Of a DNA stretch of 64,000 nucleotides, positions 13,883-28,837 are shown piece after piece (the first letter of the stretch is position 1; each line of letters begins with the position of its first letter). The notes under the pieces are model-generated. The model saw nothing but the letters and a program-made list of their open reading frames with translations, ran no database searches and was not told where the DNA came from. The position numbers and the translations under genes were made by a program. The stretch comes from Eledone cirrhosa (taxonomy: Eukaryota): contig OZ024750.1 in assembly GCA_964016885.1 (NCBI GenBank), positions 5,890,001-5,954,000 of the forward strand, read 5' to 3'.

Positions 13883-13884
<2 letters not shown>
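13457..13884 (+). mobile_element. Microsatellite-embedded Penelope-like module with diverged inverted copy (about 13457-13612 vs 13626-13779)
   Basis: Inverted match TCTTTGCA.ATATAAA.TCG.ATA...GATGTCGAA.AAGAG and CATAGGCT.CAACAC; contains hammerhead, AATAAA and ATTGAGTGCTT. Confidence 0.7.
13645..13733 (+). ncRNA. Type I hammerhead ribozyme with intact core
   Basis: GCATAT-CTGACGA-GATGTCGA...TCAATATC-GAAA-TAGTTG-TA-ATATGC; perfect 6-bp stem I, AATAAA at 13735. Confidence 0.8.
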
Positions 13885-13922
<38 letters not shown>

Positions 13923-14073
13923 ATAGGTATAAATAGAAGTTGTAGGCGCAGATTCCAATCGATAATATATATATATATAACATATAAACATATTAATATA
14001 TATATATATATAAGATATATATATATAACATATATATATATATATATAACACATATATACATATATATATATA

Positions 14074-14117
<44 letters not shown>

Positions 14118-14211
14118 CATATATATTTATAACATATATATAAGATATATATATATAACATATATATACATATATATATATAACACATATATACATATAA
14201 CACATATATAC

Positions 14212-14279
<68 letters not shown>

Positions 14280-14856
14280 ACATATATATTTATAACATAT
14301 ATATATAACATATATATACATATATAACATATATACGGACGCATTTAATTGCAACCCGACAACTATATCTATATATCTATCTATATATCTATATATATAT
14401 AAATATAAACCATAAACGTGTATAAATATTTTTGTACACAGGTGTGTTTTGTGTTGCATATTACATTTTGAGGCATATATATACCTTAAATGATTTAATT
14501 TGAAACTTTTCTCATATATAAGGTCTAGAGGCTAAAGGTATTTAATATATACGGATAATGATAAGAAATATTCATTTCCAGAAGTTCAAATGTTAAAAGG
14601 TTTTAACGACCTGTAAACCTCAATTTATGTCTTTAAAAAATGGAGTCCAGTAGACAAACCTAAACGTTATTATCGGTGATAATATAGCCATCCCAATGAC
14701 GTATACATCAAATATGTATATCTATATTTAAGTTAGGAATATCTGGAAGGCGTGACTGAGGACTTTCCCCTCATCCACACACACACACACACGATCTTCT
14801 CGGGTATAAATGGGAGAAGATGAAGAAGAAGATCGAGAAGATGAAGGAGAAGAAGA

Positions 14857-14890
<34 letters not shown>

Positions 14891-15214
14891 GAAGAAGAAG
14901 ACGATGAAGAAGAATTTAGTGTTTAGTTACATCATGTAATAAGCATAAAAAAATCTATTTAGGAATACTTATGCGATGAAGAAAAAGAAATCAACATTAG
15001 CCCATTAATTAATAATTTCGTTGTTTAATTATAATAATTTAATTAATAAGATCTTAATAATTCCAGCAAATAGGGGAGATAACGCCGGACATATTCTGGT
15101 GTTATTGGATCTCTTAATGGAATCCTAGACAATAGTGTACTTGCAAAAGTAACAATGACAGAATCATAAATATGTGGTTATGTTAAAGTCATTTCTCTCT
15201 CCACACATATACAT

Positions 15215-15264
<50 letters not shown>

Positions 15265-15324
15265 AGTATGTGTTAGTTGTTTACCGACACGGGTAGAACA
15301 CCATGTTTACCTGTTTTTTCTTCA

Positions 15325-15401
15325 TTAATTCTTACTGCCTGATGAGGTCACAGCCAATAATGGCTGTTATTGAAATATATATAGCACTGAATTAGAATAA
15401 A
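15325..15401 (+). ncRNA. Minimal type I hammerhead ribozyme with intact core, in a TA-embedded module (about 15260-15443)
   Basis: TGC-CTGATGA(15339)-GGTCACAGCCA-ATAA-TGGCTGTTATT-GAAA-TATATA-TA-GCA; distal stem I TAATTC/GAATTA; AATAAA at 15396. Confidence 0.8.
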
Positions 15402-15440
15402 CGAAGCCAACTTTAATATGTTTCACTTACACATATTATG

Positions 15441-15488
<48 letters not shown>

Positions 15489-15989
15489 CACACACACACA
15501 GTCTGGCAGATTCAGACAGATAAACAAATAAATAGATACATAGATGGGTAGGTAGATAGATAGACTAGATATTTACCAAGAAATGGTCAAGATATATTGT
15601 CAGAAGAAGTTCTTAAGACGTACCTCCGAATACGATTGCGTTTTATATAGAATTATTTACATAGATTTCTGTGGCTTTTAAGAATTTAAAAGGTTACCGA
15701 GTGCGTTTCGTAGAATTTACAACAATAACTAATAAAAGTTACTCTGAGAAACAAAAACATCACATGACCATCAACATAAATCAATACATTAGAAAGGTGT
15801 ATTATTGCCGAGATCTTTAGAACTAATGGCATATTGCATGCCATTATATATACAGGGTTAAACATATTGTGATTCGATTGATGCTTTATGCTCATCATGT
15901 CATTTGAAGACATACTATACATTGTCAGTTTATTAGTTCAGGTTTAGCACATGTCTAGACATTTTTGTTTGCCATTATCTCTAGTAACT

Positions 15990-16435
15990 TCAGAATCAGT
16001 AGAGCGCCGGACATATTCCACAGTATGTTTTGTGGTATAGAATAACGGCTCTTTATGTTCGGAGTTCAAATCCCACCGAGGTTAGCTTTGCATTTCATCC
16101 TTACGAGGTCGATAAAATAAAGTACCACTATCACATTTGGGTCGACTTAATCGACTTTCCCCTCTTCACAAATTTTGGCTATGGGCCTAAATCAGAAACC
16201 ATTATCTATATAAGGGCAGTGGATTAGAAGTATCAGTAGAGCGTCGGACAATATTCTTTGTGGCATAGAGTAACCGCTCTTTATGTTCGGAGTTCAAATC
16301 CCGCTGAGGTTAGCTTTGCCTTTCATCTTTACGGGGTCGATAAAATAAACTATCACTATCGCACTAGGGTCAATTTAATCGACTTTCCCCTCCCCAAAAA
16401 TTGTTGACCCTGTGTCTAAATCAGAGACGATTATC
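15990..16435 (+). mobile_element. Two head-to-tail SINE family A copies
   Basis: B-box GAGTTCAAATCCC at about 16062 and 16270, each with core and tail. Confidence 0.85.
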
Positions 16436-16515
16436 TATAAAAACTGTTAACTAGCAATCATTTTATTTAACCATGAGAGATGAGAGGTTAAACTGGTAGT
16501 ATATGAAATCCCATA

Positions 16516-16740
16516 TTAACCCTTTAGCATTTGCATTACTCTATATATACATTATTGTATTTTCACAGTGAAATGTTTATCTTACATAATTATCTCACAT
16601 AATATCGAATCTATGAGATTTTGATATTATTTATTTTGAGAACAATACCTTAATGTAGGTATGAGGGACCAGTTATGGCCAGTTTGAACAGAAAGAAGAG
16701 AGAGAATTCTGGCCAGATACGACTGGATTAACTGCTAATT
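16516..16740. mobile_element. Possible piggyBac-type MITE fragment
   Basis: Begins TTAACCCTTTAGC; complementary ends (AAGGGTTAA, AGGGGTTAA) occur at about 1056-1064 and 57579-57587; partner end here is degenerate. Confidence 0.35.
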
Positions 16741-17298
16741 TAAATATTGCTATGAATTTTGACAAGTGTTTTATAAATCATTCTATCCATTGCCGTTCAT
16801 TGTAACATGAAAATATAAAATAATTTCGGAATACATTTGCAATCGATACGCAAGTTTATATGTTAAATAATATGTAGAAATGATATATATCAAGAAACGA
16901 GAAATTATTTAACAAGGCTGCCAGTTAAAAATTCCATAGATGTAACGATCAAATAGCGTAAATGATACTAATTATACAATAAATCTATTTTGAAAATTCG
17001 AGAATCCAGAGCTATTAAAGATAATGTATTATGAAGTATTAAGAATCATGCCATAGAGGATATTTATGCTTTATCTTAGATTGTACGTGACAAAAGAAAC
17101 ATGATTTATGATTTGTTTTCTTACAATTTATAATGATGATATCACTGAATGGAGGATTAAAATTTAATCGATTCTGTCAATTTTAGGATCGATCCCATTT
17201 AGAGAAATATGTTCTGGAGTGCTGTAATGTTATCTATTCTGGATTCAAAGACTAAAATAATCTAGTAATATAGCTTATTAAAGAAATATATGTCAGTT

Positions 17299-17385
17299 AT
17301 ATGAGGGTCGGCTGAGAGGTTCTTAGGCTGACCAAGATACTCTCATGGAGTGACCAAATAAGGTTTATTGTTCAACATACAGCGC
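17299..17385 (+). mobile_element. Possible mariner TIR fragment
   Basis: TATGAGGGTCGGCTGAGAGGTTCTTAGGCTGACCAAGA resembles mariner TACGAGGG..CTGAAAAGTTC ends; no partner end seen. Confidence 0.4.
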
Positions 17386-17548
17386 CGTATTCATTAAGAT
17401 AAGGGGAGAGAGATAGAGCGAGAGACAGAGAGGGAGAGAGAGAGATAGGCAGATAAGTATATATATATATGAAAATAGGGAGAAAAAGACGATTATTAGG
17501 AAGAAAAATATATTTTTTTCCTTCTTATTTTTTCTCTTTTTTCTGGGT

Positions 17549-17684
<136 letters not shown>

Positions 17685-17694
17685 GACTAGCAAG

Positions 17695-18305
17695 TTTTTT
17701 TTATCGACCTTGAAATCATGAAATGCAAAGTTGATCTCGGCAGATTTTGAACGCAGAGGGCGCGCATGCCCGGAAGGAATATCGCAGAACATTCTATCCG
17801 ACGTTCTAATGATTCTGCATACTCGTTAGAGTATGTTAACTGTTAAAACGAAGTTAATCCACCAAGGTTAACTTTGCCTTTCATCCTTACGGGGTCGATA
17901 AAATAAAGTACCAGTAATGTACTAAGATAATTGCTGGCCTTGTGCCAAAAGTAGAAACATTATTATTGTTTTTATCAATATTTTATTTAATAAAAACCAT
18001 GACGTCTCAGATTAGTGAAATACGGTCAAAATTCTGACATTTATTATTCATTCACAAAGATTGGTGAATTGGCAGTATCGGTAGAGGGTCTGACGCCATC
18101 CTTTGACGCATAGAGTTACGGCACTTGCCATTATGAGTTCAAATCCCACCGAGGTTAACTTTGTACTGGGGTAATTGCTGGCCTTGCTCCAAAAGTAGAA
18201 ATATTATTATTATTTTAATCATTATTTCTTTTATAAAACTCATGACGTCTCAGATTTACATTAGTGAAATACGGTCACAATTCTGACATTTATTATTCAT
18301 TCACA
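17695..18305. mobile_element. Cluster of partial SINE A copies with a local duplication of SINE tail plus flank
   Basis: SINE core segments; CATGACGTCTCAGATT...CTGACATTTATTATTCATTCACA repeated at about 17998 and 18241. Confidence 0.7.
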
Positions 18306-18639
18306 TTGTGTCAGGCAAAATTAGGTTATGGAGTCGAATGATATTTGAGGGGTTCACGGTCATTTAGCTACCCGTCATCTAATGTAACTGTAAATAGCTT
18401 ACGTAGAATGTAATTCAATCTCCAGGGAAGCATCAAACAATGCCAAACACGGTAATTTCCAGTGGATTTTATATAGAAATTCGACTAGTTTTGGGGGGGT
18501 GGGTCAAGCTGACCCGTTCTGTTCGAGTAAGCCGTTCAAACAACAGCCACACACTTTCATACAGATAGCAATCTAATAAAGAAAACACCAATAGTTGCTC
18601 TCATTATTAGTTTAGTTTTCATGTTATTGTTATTGTCAA

Positions 18640-18705
<66 letters not shown>

Positions 18706-19117
18706 CGTTAAGTCTCCAATGAACTTCTCTCTCTCACTTTCTTCTTTTTCATCATCAACCTACTCATCATTATCATCATCATCAGCGACATCACCATCAT
18801 CCTAATCTTTCTTACGCCCCTGCTCTTCCACCCACTCACATCCTCATTCTCGTCATCGCCATCAAACAAATCCTCCTCCTCTCCCTCTTCCTCACCATAA
18901 TCATCATCATCATCGCTATCACTAACATAAGTGCTGACACAACATTTTCTTCATTACAGTCGTTCCCCTACCCTCTATTAATACCTCCCCCTCCTCCACG
19001 TAATATTAACTACTCTCTATTATATCTTCTGTATTATGTTAGGCTAAATACTGTTGGTTTTCTAATCAAATTTACCACGCAGATAATCAGCATGTTGTGT
19101 AGTTGATCAAGCCACAC

Positions 19118-19237
<120 letters not shown>

Positions 19238-19332
19238 CCCTTTGAAGAAAAAAATAAAATGATCCAACAACAACAACAATAAAAACAACAATAGCTTCTT
19301 CTTCTTCTTCTTCTTCTTCTTCTTCTTCTTCC

Positions 19333-19600
19333 AAATTGAGAGATCACAGCTCCGATATTGTGAGCATGTGGTTAGAATGATTCAGAAAAGAATCGCTGGA
19401 CAGGTTTTACGGGCAAAACCAACAGGCAAGAGACCCAGGGGTAGACCCCGAGCAAGATGGTTGGATAACATCCATGAACTTGGCTGGTCTTGCTTGGGGA
19501 CAGTTGGGGACAATTGTTTCTGATAGGACCTGCAGGAAGGAGTGTTTGAGGACTCTGCGTCCCTCTCAGAAATAAGTGGACGAAGAAGAAGAAGAAGAAG
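19333..19600 (+). mobile_element. RTE-clade LINE 3' fragment with (GAA)n tail; related fragment at 49975-50132 (-)
   Basis: Reads [15 protein letters not shown]...KPTGKRPRGRPRARWLDNIHELGWS. Confidence 0.75.
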
Positions 19601-20221
19601 TAGGTAAAGGGGATAGTCAATTATATGTACCCCAGTACTTAACTGGTATTTATTTTATCGCCCATAGAAGAAGGAAAGACAAAACTGACCTCAGTGAGTT
19701 TTGATATCAGAACTTAGAAAGTCGTAAATTCATGCCACAAAGTATTTTAGAAAATAAGATTCCTAAAAAAAACATCGAGAAGATGGTTCTAGGGACCCGA
19801 TTCCGGATTTGAAGTAATTCTGTTTTCAATCCAGTTAAGCCACTAATGCTATTGATAAAAAACTTCCTTCACACCAACCCATAATATTTCCACAATGACT
19901 ACAAAACCCTAAATAATTCAATATAGGGGGTTTTGTGTTTAGTTGAAAGAAACCTATAACAGTTACAATTATCTAAGAATTTAAGAAAAACAACAACATG
20001 AAAAAAACATTAAGAAAAAAACCCACGAAACCAATTATAACAAAAGAAACGACAAATAGTAATTGATTAGTTATTGTAATAAAAATAACAATGACATTAT
20101 CTCAAATGCAATTATTGATATATCGATTTCAAGACCTTTCAACCCTTTCATGCATATCGACATCACTACTTCATGGAAAAATAGTACTTAGAAATCTGGT
20201 TCTGATTTCTAAGTATCAGAG

Positions 20222-20256
<35 letters not shown>

Positions 20257-20400
20257 TATTTACATACATACTTAGCTATATATATATACATACACCTCGG
20301 TTATTTTTCATTTTGTAAAAAAAACCTCACTTTCTAATATATATATATATATATATACATATGCGGCTGTGTACTCGTGTATATGTCTGTTTACATACAT

Positions 20401-20452
<52 letters not shown>

Positions 20453-20939
20453 TTCTATACTTTAATTTATATATATACATATACACATACATATACATAC
20501 ACACACATATACATATATATACATATATACACATACACATATACATATATATACATATACATATATATATAACAGTGGGACATTATATGTGTACAAGTCC
20601 TTTTCTGAATCTTAGTGGCTTCATATTATATATATACAGATACACACTAATAGCTAAATATGGAAACCAAATTTCATTTTCGTCCATCCCGGACCAACCA
20701 TACCTCCCCTCACGCTACCACCCACCACTTCTCTAATTTACCCACTCTACATCAGCACTGACAACAACCTACCAACTAATTTGATTATCCAGTATATTAT
20801 ATCGATTTCCGATACCGATTCCTACCCCTGACTCCAGTAAATCGTATTATGTGTTGTGGGTAGATCATTTGGTATTAGTTAAAATTACCATAAAATCAAT
20901 ATCTGCTTAATGATTTAATGTGAAATAAAGCATGAATGT

Positions 20940-21094
20940 TGTATATATATATACATATATTTATATATATATGTACATATATTTATATATACATATATTT
21001 ATATATACATATATTTACATATACATATATTTATATATACATATATACATATATACATATATACATATATACATATATATACATATATACATAT

Positions 21095-21127
<33 letters not shown>

Positions 21128-21133
21128 TATATA

Positions 21134-21167
<34 letters not shown>

Positions 21168-22199
21168 TACACATATATATATATACATATATACATATAT
21201 ACACATATATATATATACATATATACACATATATATATATACATATATACACATATATATATATACATATATACACATATATATATATACATATATACAC
21301 ATATATATATATACATATATACACATATATATATATACATATATACACATATATATATATACATATACACATATATATACATATATATATATACACATAT
21401 ATATATACACATATATATATACACATATATATATATACACATATATATATATACACACATATATATATATACACATATATATATACACATATATATATAC
21501 ACATATATATATACACATATATATATATACACACATATATATATACATACATATATATATACACACATATATATACACATATATATATACACATATATAT
21601 ATACACATATATATATATACACATATATATATACACATATATATATACACATATATATATACACATATATATATATACACATATATATATATACACATAC
21701 ATATATATACACATACATATATATACACATACATATATATACACATATATATATACACATACATATATATACACATATATATATACACATATATATATAC
21801 ACATATATACACATATATATATATACACATATATATATACACATATATATATATACACATACATATATATACACATATATACACATATATATACACATAC
21901 ATATATATACACATACATATATATACACATACATATATATACACATATATACACATACATATATATACACATACATATATATACACATATATACACATAC
22001 ATATATATACACATATATACACATATATATACACATATATACACATATATATATATACACATACATATATATACACATATATACACACATATATATATAT
22101 ACACATATATACACACATATATATATATACACATACATATTTATATATATATATATATATATACACACACATATATATATATATATATACACATATATA

Positions 22200-22232
<33 letters not shown>

Positions 22233-22235
22233 GAA
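20940..22235. repeat. About 1.3 kb TA/CA low-complexity microsatellite
   Basis: Direct inspection; source of spurious YIYI ORFs. Confidence 0.95.
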
Positions 22236-22685
22236 TATATGTGTGTGTGTATATGTATGTATATGTTATATTTTATTCTTTTATGGGATTCTCTAAATGA
22301 AGGGGAAATGTTTTGTTTTGTCCAGTTACGTGTGTATCATAAACATAGGCGGTTATTACTGAATTATTGTCAAATTTCTTGTGTGTGGTATCTTACACAC
22401 ACACACACACACACACATATATATGCATATAAATATATATATGCATATAAATATATATATATATGTGTGTGTGTGAGTATGGGTGTGTGAGAGTGTGTCT
22501 TCAACAAGCACACAAGCACACACACACCGAAATAGTCACACACATGCAAACATACAGAAAAACCACACACAAACACACACATGTATTGAGTAGTGTCGTG
22601 TTTTTGTACCAGGAAAATAAATAATATTCAATAATTTTACATAAAAAAATAGAAAATAAAATAGAAAATACATGTAAAATAAACT

Positions 22686-23438
<753 letters not shown>

Positions 23439-23921
23439 AAGTTAACATCAAAGTATTAAATATAGTCCTGCTACTCTTTATTGTTTTGTTTAAACCACTA
23501 CATTTGACTATAAACATTCACACAAGTTACTAATCTGATTAGTATGATATTAGCCTGGTATAGTTAGTCCCATCCTCACTAATGGTTGATGAAAGTTTAA
23601 AGAAGTACTAACATTATTTGTTTCTGAAATTCTATAGAGATCTGAGACAATATAGTTTTCTGGTGCCATTTTGCAGCACTCAGCGGAATGAGTTTAAAAG
23701 ATCATACAATTAATGCCAACGATAATAAAGAGAACTGGAATCTGATACATCCAGGTGCCGACAATAGAATTTTTTTATAATATAACCCGACTATTAACAA
23801 TGTCCCCGTGAGAACAAGTTTTGTGTTAAATCATCTTACAAATATTTTTCAACAAGTATTTTATATAAAAAGGGGCTGGCCTGAAATATAATTCCGGAAC
23901 AGATATTGTGGTACTTCATAT

Positions 23922-23960
<39 letters not shown>

Positions 23961-23964
23961 TATT

Positions 23965-24395
23965 TAACGAAGGAAGTGTGGTAAGGAACCAGGTGGACCA
24001 TTACTCACCAGAGTACTCGATACTTTGGGTAGTAGAGTGGGTAATAGGAAAAGTTTCAGGATCCCGATTGCAGAGCTCAAGCCGTTTCGACGGCTATTTC
24101 TGAACTGAAATAGCCGTCGAAATAGTCCAGAAATAGCCGTCGAAACGGCTTGGGCTCTGCCGTCGGGGTCCTGAACATTTTCGTATATATATTTAATATA
24201 GAAAAGGCTTCTACAGGACTAGAACTGTTTCATTCGGGAGAAATCATCAGGCGTTCTGATAATTTCTCCCGAATGAAACAGTTCTAGTCCTGTAGAAGCC
24301 TTTTCTATATTAAATTTTTATACTCTGCTATGTATTGAGTACCTTACTTACTGTCTTACTGTAGTTGCCCCCAATTGAACCCGGGATAAACTTTT
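23965..24395. mobile_element. Two adjacent TA-embedded fold-back modules (inverted repeats 24048-24182 and 24191-24315)
   Basis: Arms readable directly; the first family recurs at 37141-37190, the second at 568-616. Confidence 0.75.
24250..24300 (+). ncRNA. Type I hammerhead fold (G8>A in this arm; the inverted arm keeps CTGATGA)
   Basis: GGCGTT-CTGATAA-TTTC-TCCC-GAAT-GAAA-CAG-TTCTAGTC-CTG-TA-GAAGCC. Confidence 0.65.
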
Positions 24396-24784
24396 ATATA
24401 TATATATATATATATAAATATATATATCATATGCATCATAACCGTTCATTTTTCATAGTTCATTATTGATTGTTTGAGTTCGAACTCTCTCGCAATCGAT
24501 ATTGCTTTGTAAACCGTTGTTTGAGTTTATTGGTTATTTCTGGCTTTTCCTATATCATAGAAACTACTTGTGCTGCTTTTAAACATCATCGCTCAGTTTA
24601 TAAAACATTTACGCTATTGAACCGTTCATTACACGCTGGTGTACATTTGACAGAACAACATGGTGTCGAAACCTGGGTGTATATATGTGGTGTGTAATTA
24701 TACTTTTATTTATAATAGGGAACAATATAACCTATCACAGGAGATATTTAATTGATTTAAATATCACCCAGAATAGATGTTTAA

Positions 24785-24960
24785 ATAATTGTTTCTACTC
24801 TTGACACAAGGCCAGCAATTACCCAGTGTATTACTGGTACTCTATTTTCTCGACCCCGTAAGGATGAAAGGCAAAGTTAACTCAGAATGGCAAGGGCCAT
24901 AACTCTATGCTGCAAAGCATGGCGTCCCACCCTCTACCGATATTGCCAATCCGCCGCCCT
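24785..24960 (-). mobile_element. SINE family A copy with probable TSD AGATRTTTAAATAAT
   Basis: Similarity to other copies; flanking direct repeat. Confidence 0.8.
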
Positions 24961-25721
24961 TTAGATATTTAAATAATAACTTATTAATTATATAGAATAT
25001 AATAATTATATTTAAATAACTAAAACTGGGTATATGTGTGCAGTTATATTTTTATTTATAACAGGTAACAACATAATCTATCGTAGTAGATATTTAATTA
25101 ATTTATATATCTTCTAGAATAGATATTTAAATAACTAATTAATTATATAAAATATAATAATTACATCTAAATAGCTAATTAAAATTACTCCAGATATTGG
25201 TTAATATTCCCTACGTTAATGGTGAGGAAATTTACAGTCTGTACATAGACGATATTAGGATAATAATGGGTATCTTAGATTTTGTAGGAAGAACCAAAAC
25301 AAGGTGATAAAATCAACATGCTGATAAAATCAACAAATGTCTAATATTTACGATATTTGCCGTAGTAAAAAAGGAACGATCGACTTTCGTCAAATCGGAC
25401 CGAGGGAACAATGTTTCCGTTGGTCTTTCCAATTGCTAATACTATCTATCGGTCGCAACTCCAGGTAGAAGGAGCAACGTGAAATAAAGTGTCTTGCTCA
25501 AGGACATAACGCATCGCCTGGTTCAGGAATCGAACTCACAACCTTACGATTGCGAATCCAATTCTCTAACCACTCAGCCACACGCCGTAGTAAATAACTA
25601 TTAATGATATCAGTAAACACAGTGACAGTTACGTGATGTAGTTATATCATTCATATATTTATGCACACAAAGATATATCTTTTTGGTACTAAACAAGGAT
25701 TTTGTCACGAAAGTATTCCAT

Positions 25722-25935
25722 AAGTATCGGTAGAGCGTCGAACACCATGCTTCGCAGCATAGGGTTACGGTTCTTCACATTCTGAGTTCAAATCCTACAG
25801 AGGTTAGCTTTGCCTTTCATCCTTACGGGGTCGTTAAAATAACGTACCAGTAATGCACTGGGGTCGATATAACCGACTTCCCCCCCCCCCCCCCCAAAAT
25901 AGCTGGCATTGTACCTGTAGTAGAAATCATTATCA
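25722..25935 (+). mobile_element. SINE family A copy
   Basis: B-box, core and tail. Confidence 0.8.
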
Positions 25936-27760
25936 CATTAGACTCAAATCCTTTACCAAAGAAAGCACCGAAAGTTAGAATAGTTCTAATATATGTGTAG
26001 TTATATATTTCAATATATTACAGAACATCTAGATGGGGAGAGTGGGAGAGATGGAGGCAGTGATGGTGGGAATTTGGTTCCTTTATGTTCGGACCTGGTG
26101 ATATACAAATAATTATCGAATTCAAGTTGTCCGAAATGTTATACAGGTATTTTCTGAGGAAATTAAAAAATCAAAACAAAACAAAAAACAAGAAAACAAA
26201 GAAATAACTTCTTTCGGTAGATAAAGAACTATTATGATACTTATCTACTTTAGTTCCTATATATCGGAATTACCCATTCCAGCCACCACCATCTGGATAT
26301 TGTTTTGGAAATTAAAGTAACAGAATTTATTTGAAATTAAATACCTTCTGTAAATATTGTGTTAGATCTGTTAATATTGTTGTAGAAGACTGAAACTAAG
26401 TGAAATCTTTCTGTGTCGCATTTATAAATCTCTAACTTGGCTTTCTGCCTAAACAAGAAAGCAAAATTTAAAATCTTGTTATGATACCAGACAAATTAAT
26501 TTTGCGACCTCACGCTAAAACTAGTTAAAACACCAAGCTAGTAATATACTATGTACACAAAATTTGTCCTGGATATTTTCTGGGAGTTACCAAAACATCT
26601 TTCATCAAGAACGAAAAAAAAAATATGTAACTGAAAAAAATGTACATATTTAAAGAGGAAAAGACCATAAACAACTCATAAGTTATCATACGTCAGACTG
26701 AGGAGTGTAGCAGATGGGTTTAGTGAAAGATTCAGAGGAAATAGGTCAAAATTGCTTTACCATATCGTCTTGATAGCTTCTCTATTTGCAGAACGAGCAA
26801 AAACATTCCCTGAGAATGTTTATTTTAAAGCCTGCTTCATATTTCTTGTGAAAGGGATGGCATAGTTTGTTCTACGACTAACTTCAGCAGTCAGGATGAA
26901 ATGTAATAATTAACCGAAAAAACTGATTCTAATTTGTGATAATGGCTTTTTTGTTTCCTTTCTGAACTGAGGTTTTGTCAGTCAATAACTTCCCATCAAC
27001 AAACCATATTGTAATTACTTTGTTGCTGATAGGATTTGGTCTAAAATAACAAGAAGACTAACGATAATAATCATAAAAATACTAGCAATGCTAATAATGC
27101 CATACTTAATCAATGCATCTCTTCTTTTCTGTTGACATGTTTATAAATCGAATTTTTACCCAACAATTTCTCGTTTTCCTCGGCTATGCGAACACCTGGG
27201 TCTCCAGTATTGTACGCCAATAAGTTTCTAGAGAATTTAACGGTTTAAAATGACTTCTTCTTCAAGCATCTTTTGCTCTGGACATACTCTTTTCTTTCAT
27301 AAAGCCTCATAGAATAGACAGAGAGAAATCACCCCTCGAAATCGCTGCAAATTACCAACGTAAGTTCCTGCCATTCAATATATTTATCGATTAGTGGATG
27401 GCTATTTCACTAAGATATAGAGTGAATTTAAACTCTTCTTCGATTTCTCTCTTTGTCATAAGACAAAGGGAATTAAACATCTTGTAATAATATTAAAACA
27501 TCCATTGACTGTAGCAAAAAATTTATTAATTTAATATTGGCAGTAACCGGTAGAGTGTCGGACAACATGCTTTATGGCACAAAGTTTCGCCCCTTTACGT
27601 TATGATTGTGAAGTGAATCTCTTACCCATCCTGCCAGTATGTGTCATATGACTATATTCTAACATCTTTATTCGCTCCATCTTATATGCGTTTTGTATCT
27701 ACATATTTTTCTTTGATGAAAATGAACACAGAACACACACTAAACTATATATATATATAT

Positions 27761-28131
27761 GTAAATATCTTTAAGTCGTTTGGAAGCCTCGACAATGCAA
27801 ATGGGTAAATCTCCGGGTAACAAGGTCCGGTGGTGGAGAGAGAGATGTAAGTGGGTGTACGTTGAGATGCGTGGTGTGTATAAGATGTGTGAGATGTGTA
27901 GAATGAAGGGAAGAGTCATAAAGGATAAAAATAAAAATAACAACACTTGTGTTGTGTTGTTATTTTTATTTTTTGATACTCTTCACTTCATTCTACACAT
28001 CTCACACATCTTATACACACCACGCATCTCAACGTACACCCACTTACATCTCTCTCTCCACCACCGGACCTTGTTACCCGGAGATTTACCCATTTGCATT
28101 GTCGAGGCTTCCAAACGACTTAAAGATTTAC
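27761..28131. repeat. Long near-perfect inverted repeat (about 180-bp arms) between (TA)n tracts
   Basis: ATCTTTAAGTCGTTTGGAAGCC... vs ...GGCTTCCAAACGACTTAAAGAT; centre at about 27947-27953. Confidence 0.9.
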
Positions 28132-28166
28132 TTATTGTTCTACAATGCTTCAAGCAAACTTCAATA

Positions 28167-28202
<36 letters not shown>

Positions 28203-28366
28203 ATAAGTAAAAGCGAAGTAATTTCAGATGTTCAAGTCCTTTTATATATATATATATATATATATATGTTTATTAAAATAACTGATTAAAGTTTAAGCAA
28301 AGAATCGCTGCTTTCACCCTTAACGGGATCTTCTGAAACTAACAATATATATATATATATATATTT

Positions 28367-28546
<180 letters not shown>

Positions 28547-28641
28547 AAGTATATATATGTATATATATATATTTATACAATTTTAGAAATATCTGAATAT
28601 ATATATATATATATTAGGATTGCTGCTCTGAAATAGCGATG

Positions 28642-28837
28642 TATATATAAATGTATGTATAGTATATTTGGTGATATACTGTATGTTTAATTAAAAACAT
28701 TTTGAAGACCTTGCGCTATTATTTTAAAGTAGTGCCTATGTCACTTACTACTTTAAAATAATAGCGCAAGGTCTTCAAAATGTTTTTAATTAAACATACA
28801 GTATATCACCGAATATACTATACATACATTTATATAT
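28642..28837. repeat. TA-flanked inverted repeat (about 90-bp arms, 13-bp spacer); unfolded relative at 35291-35395
   Basis: Direct inspection of both arms. Confidence 0.9.
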
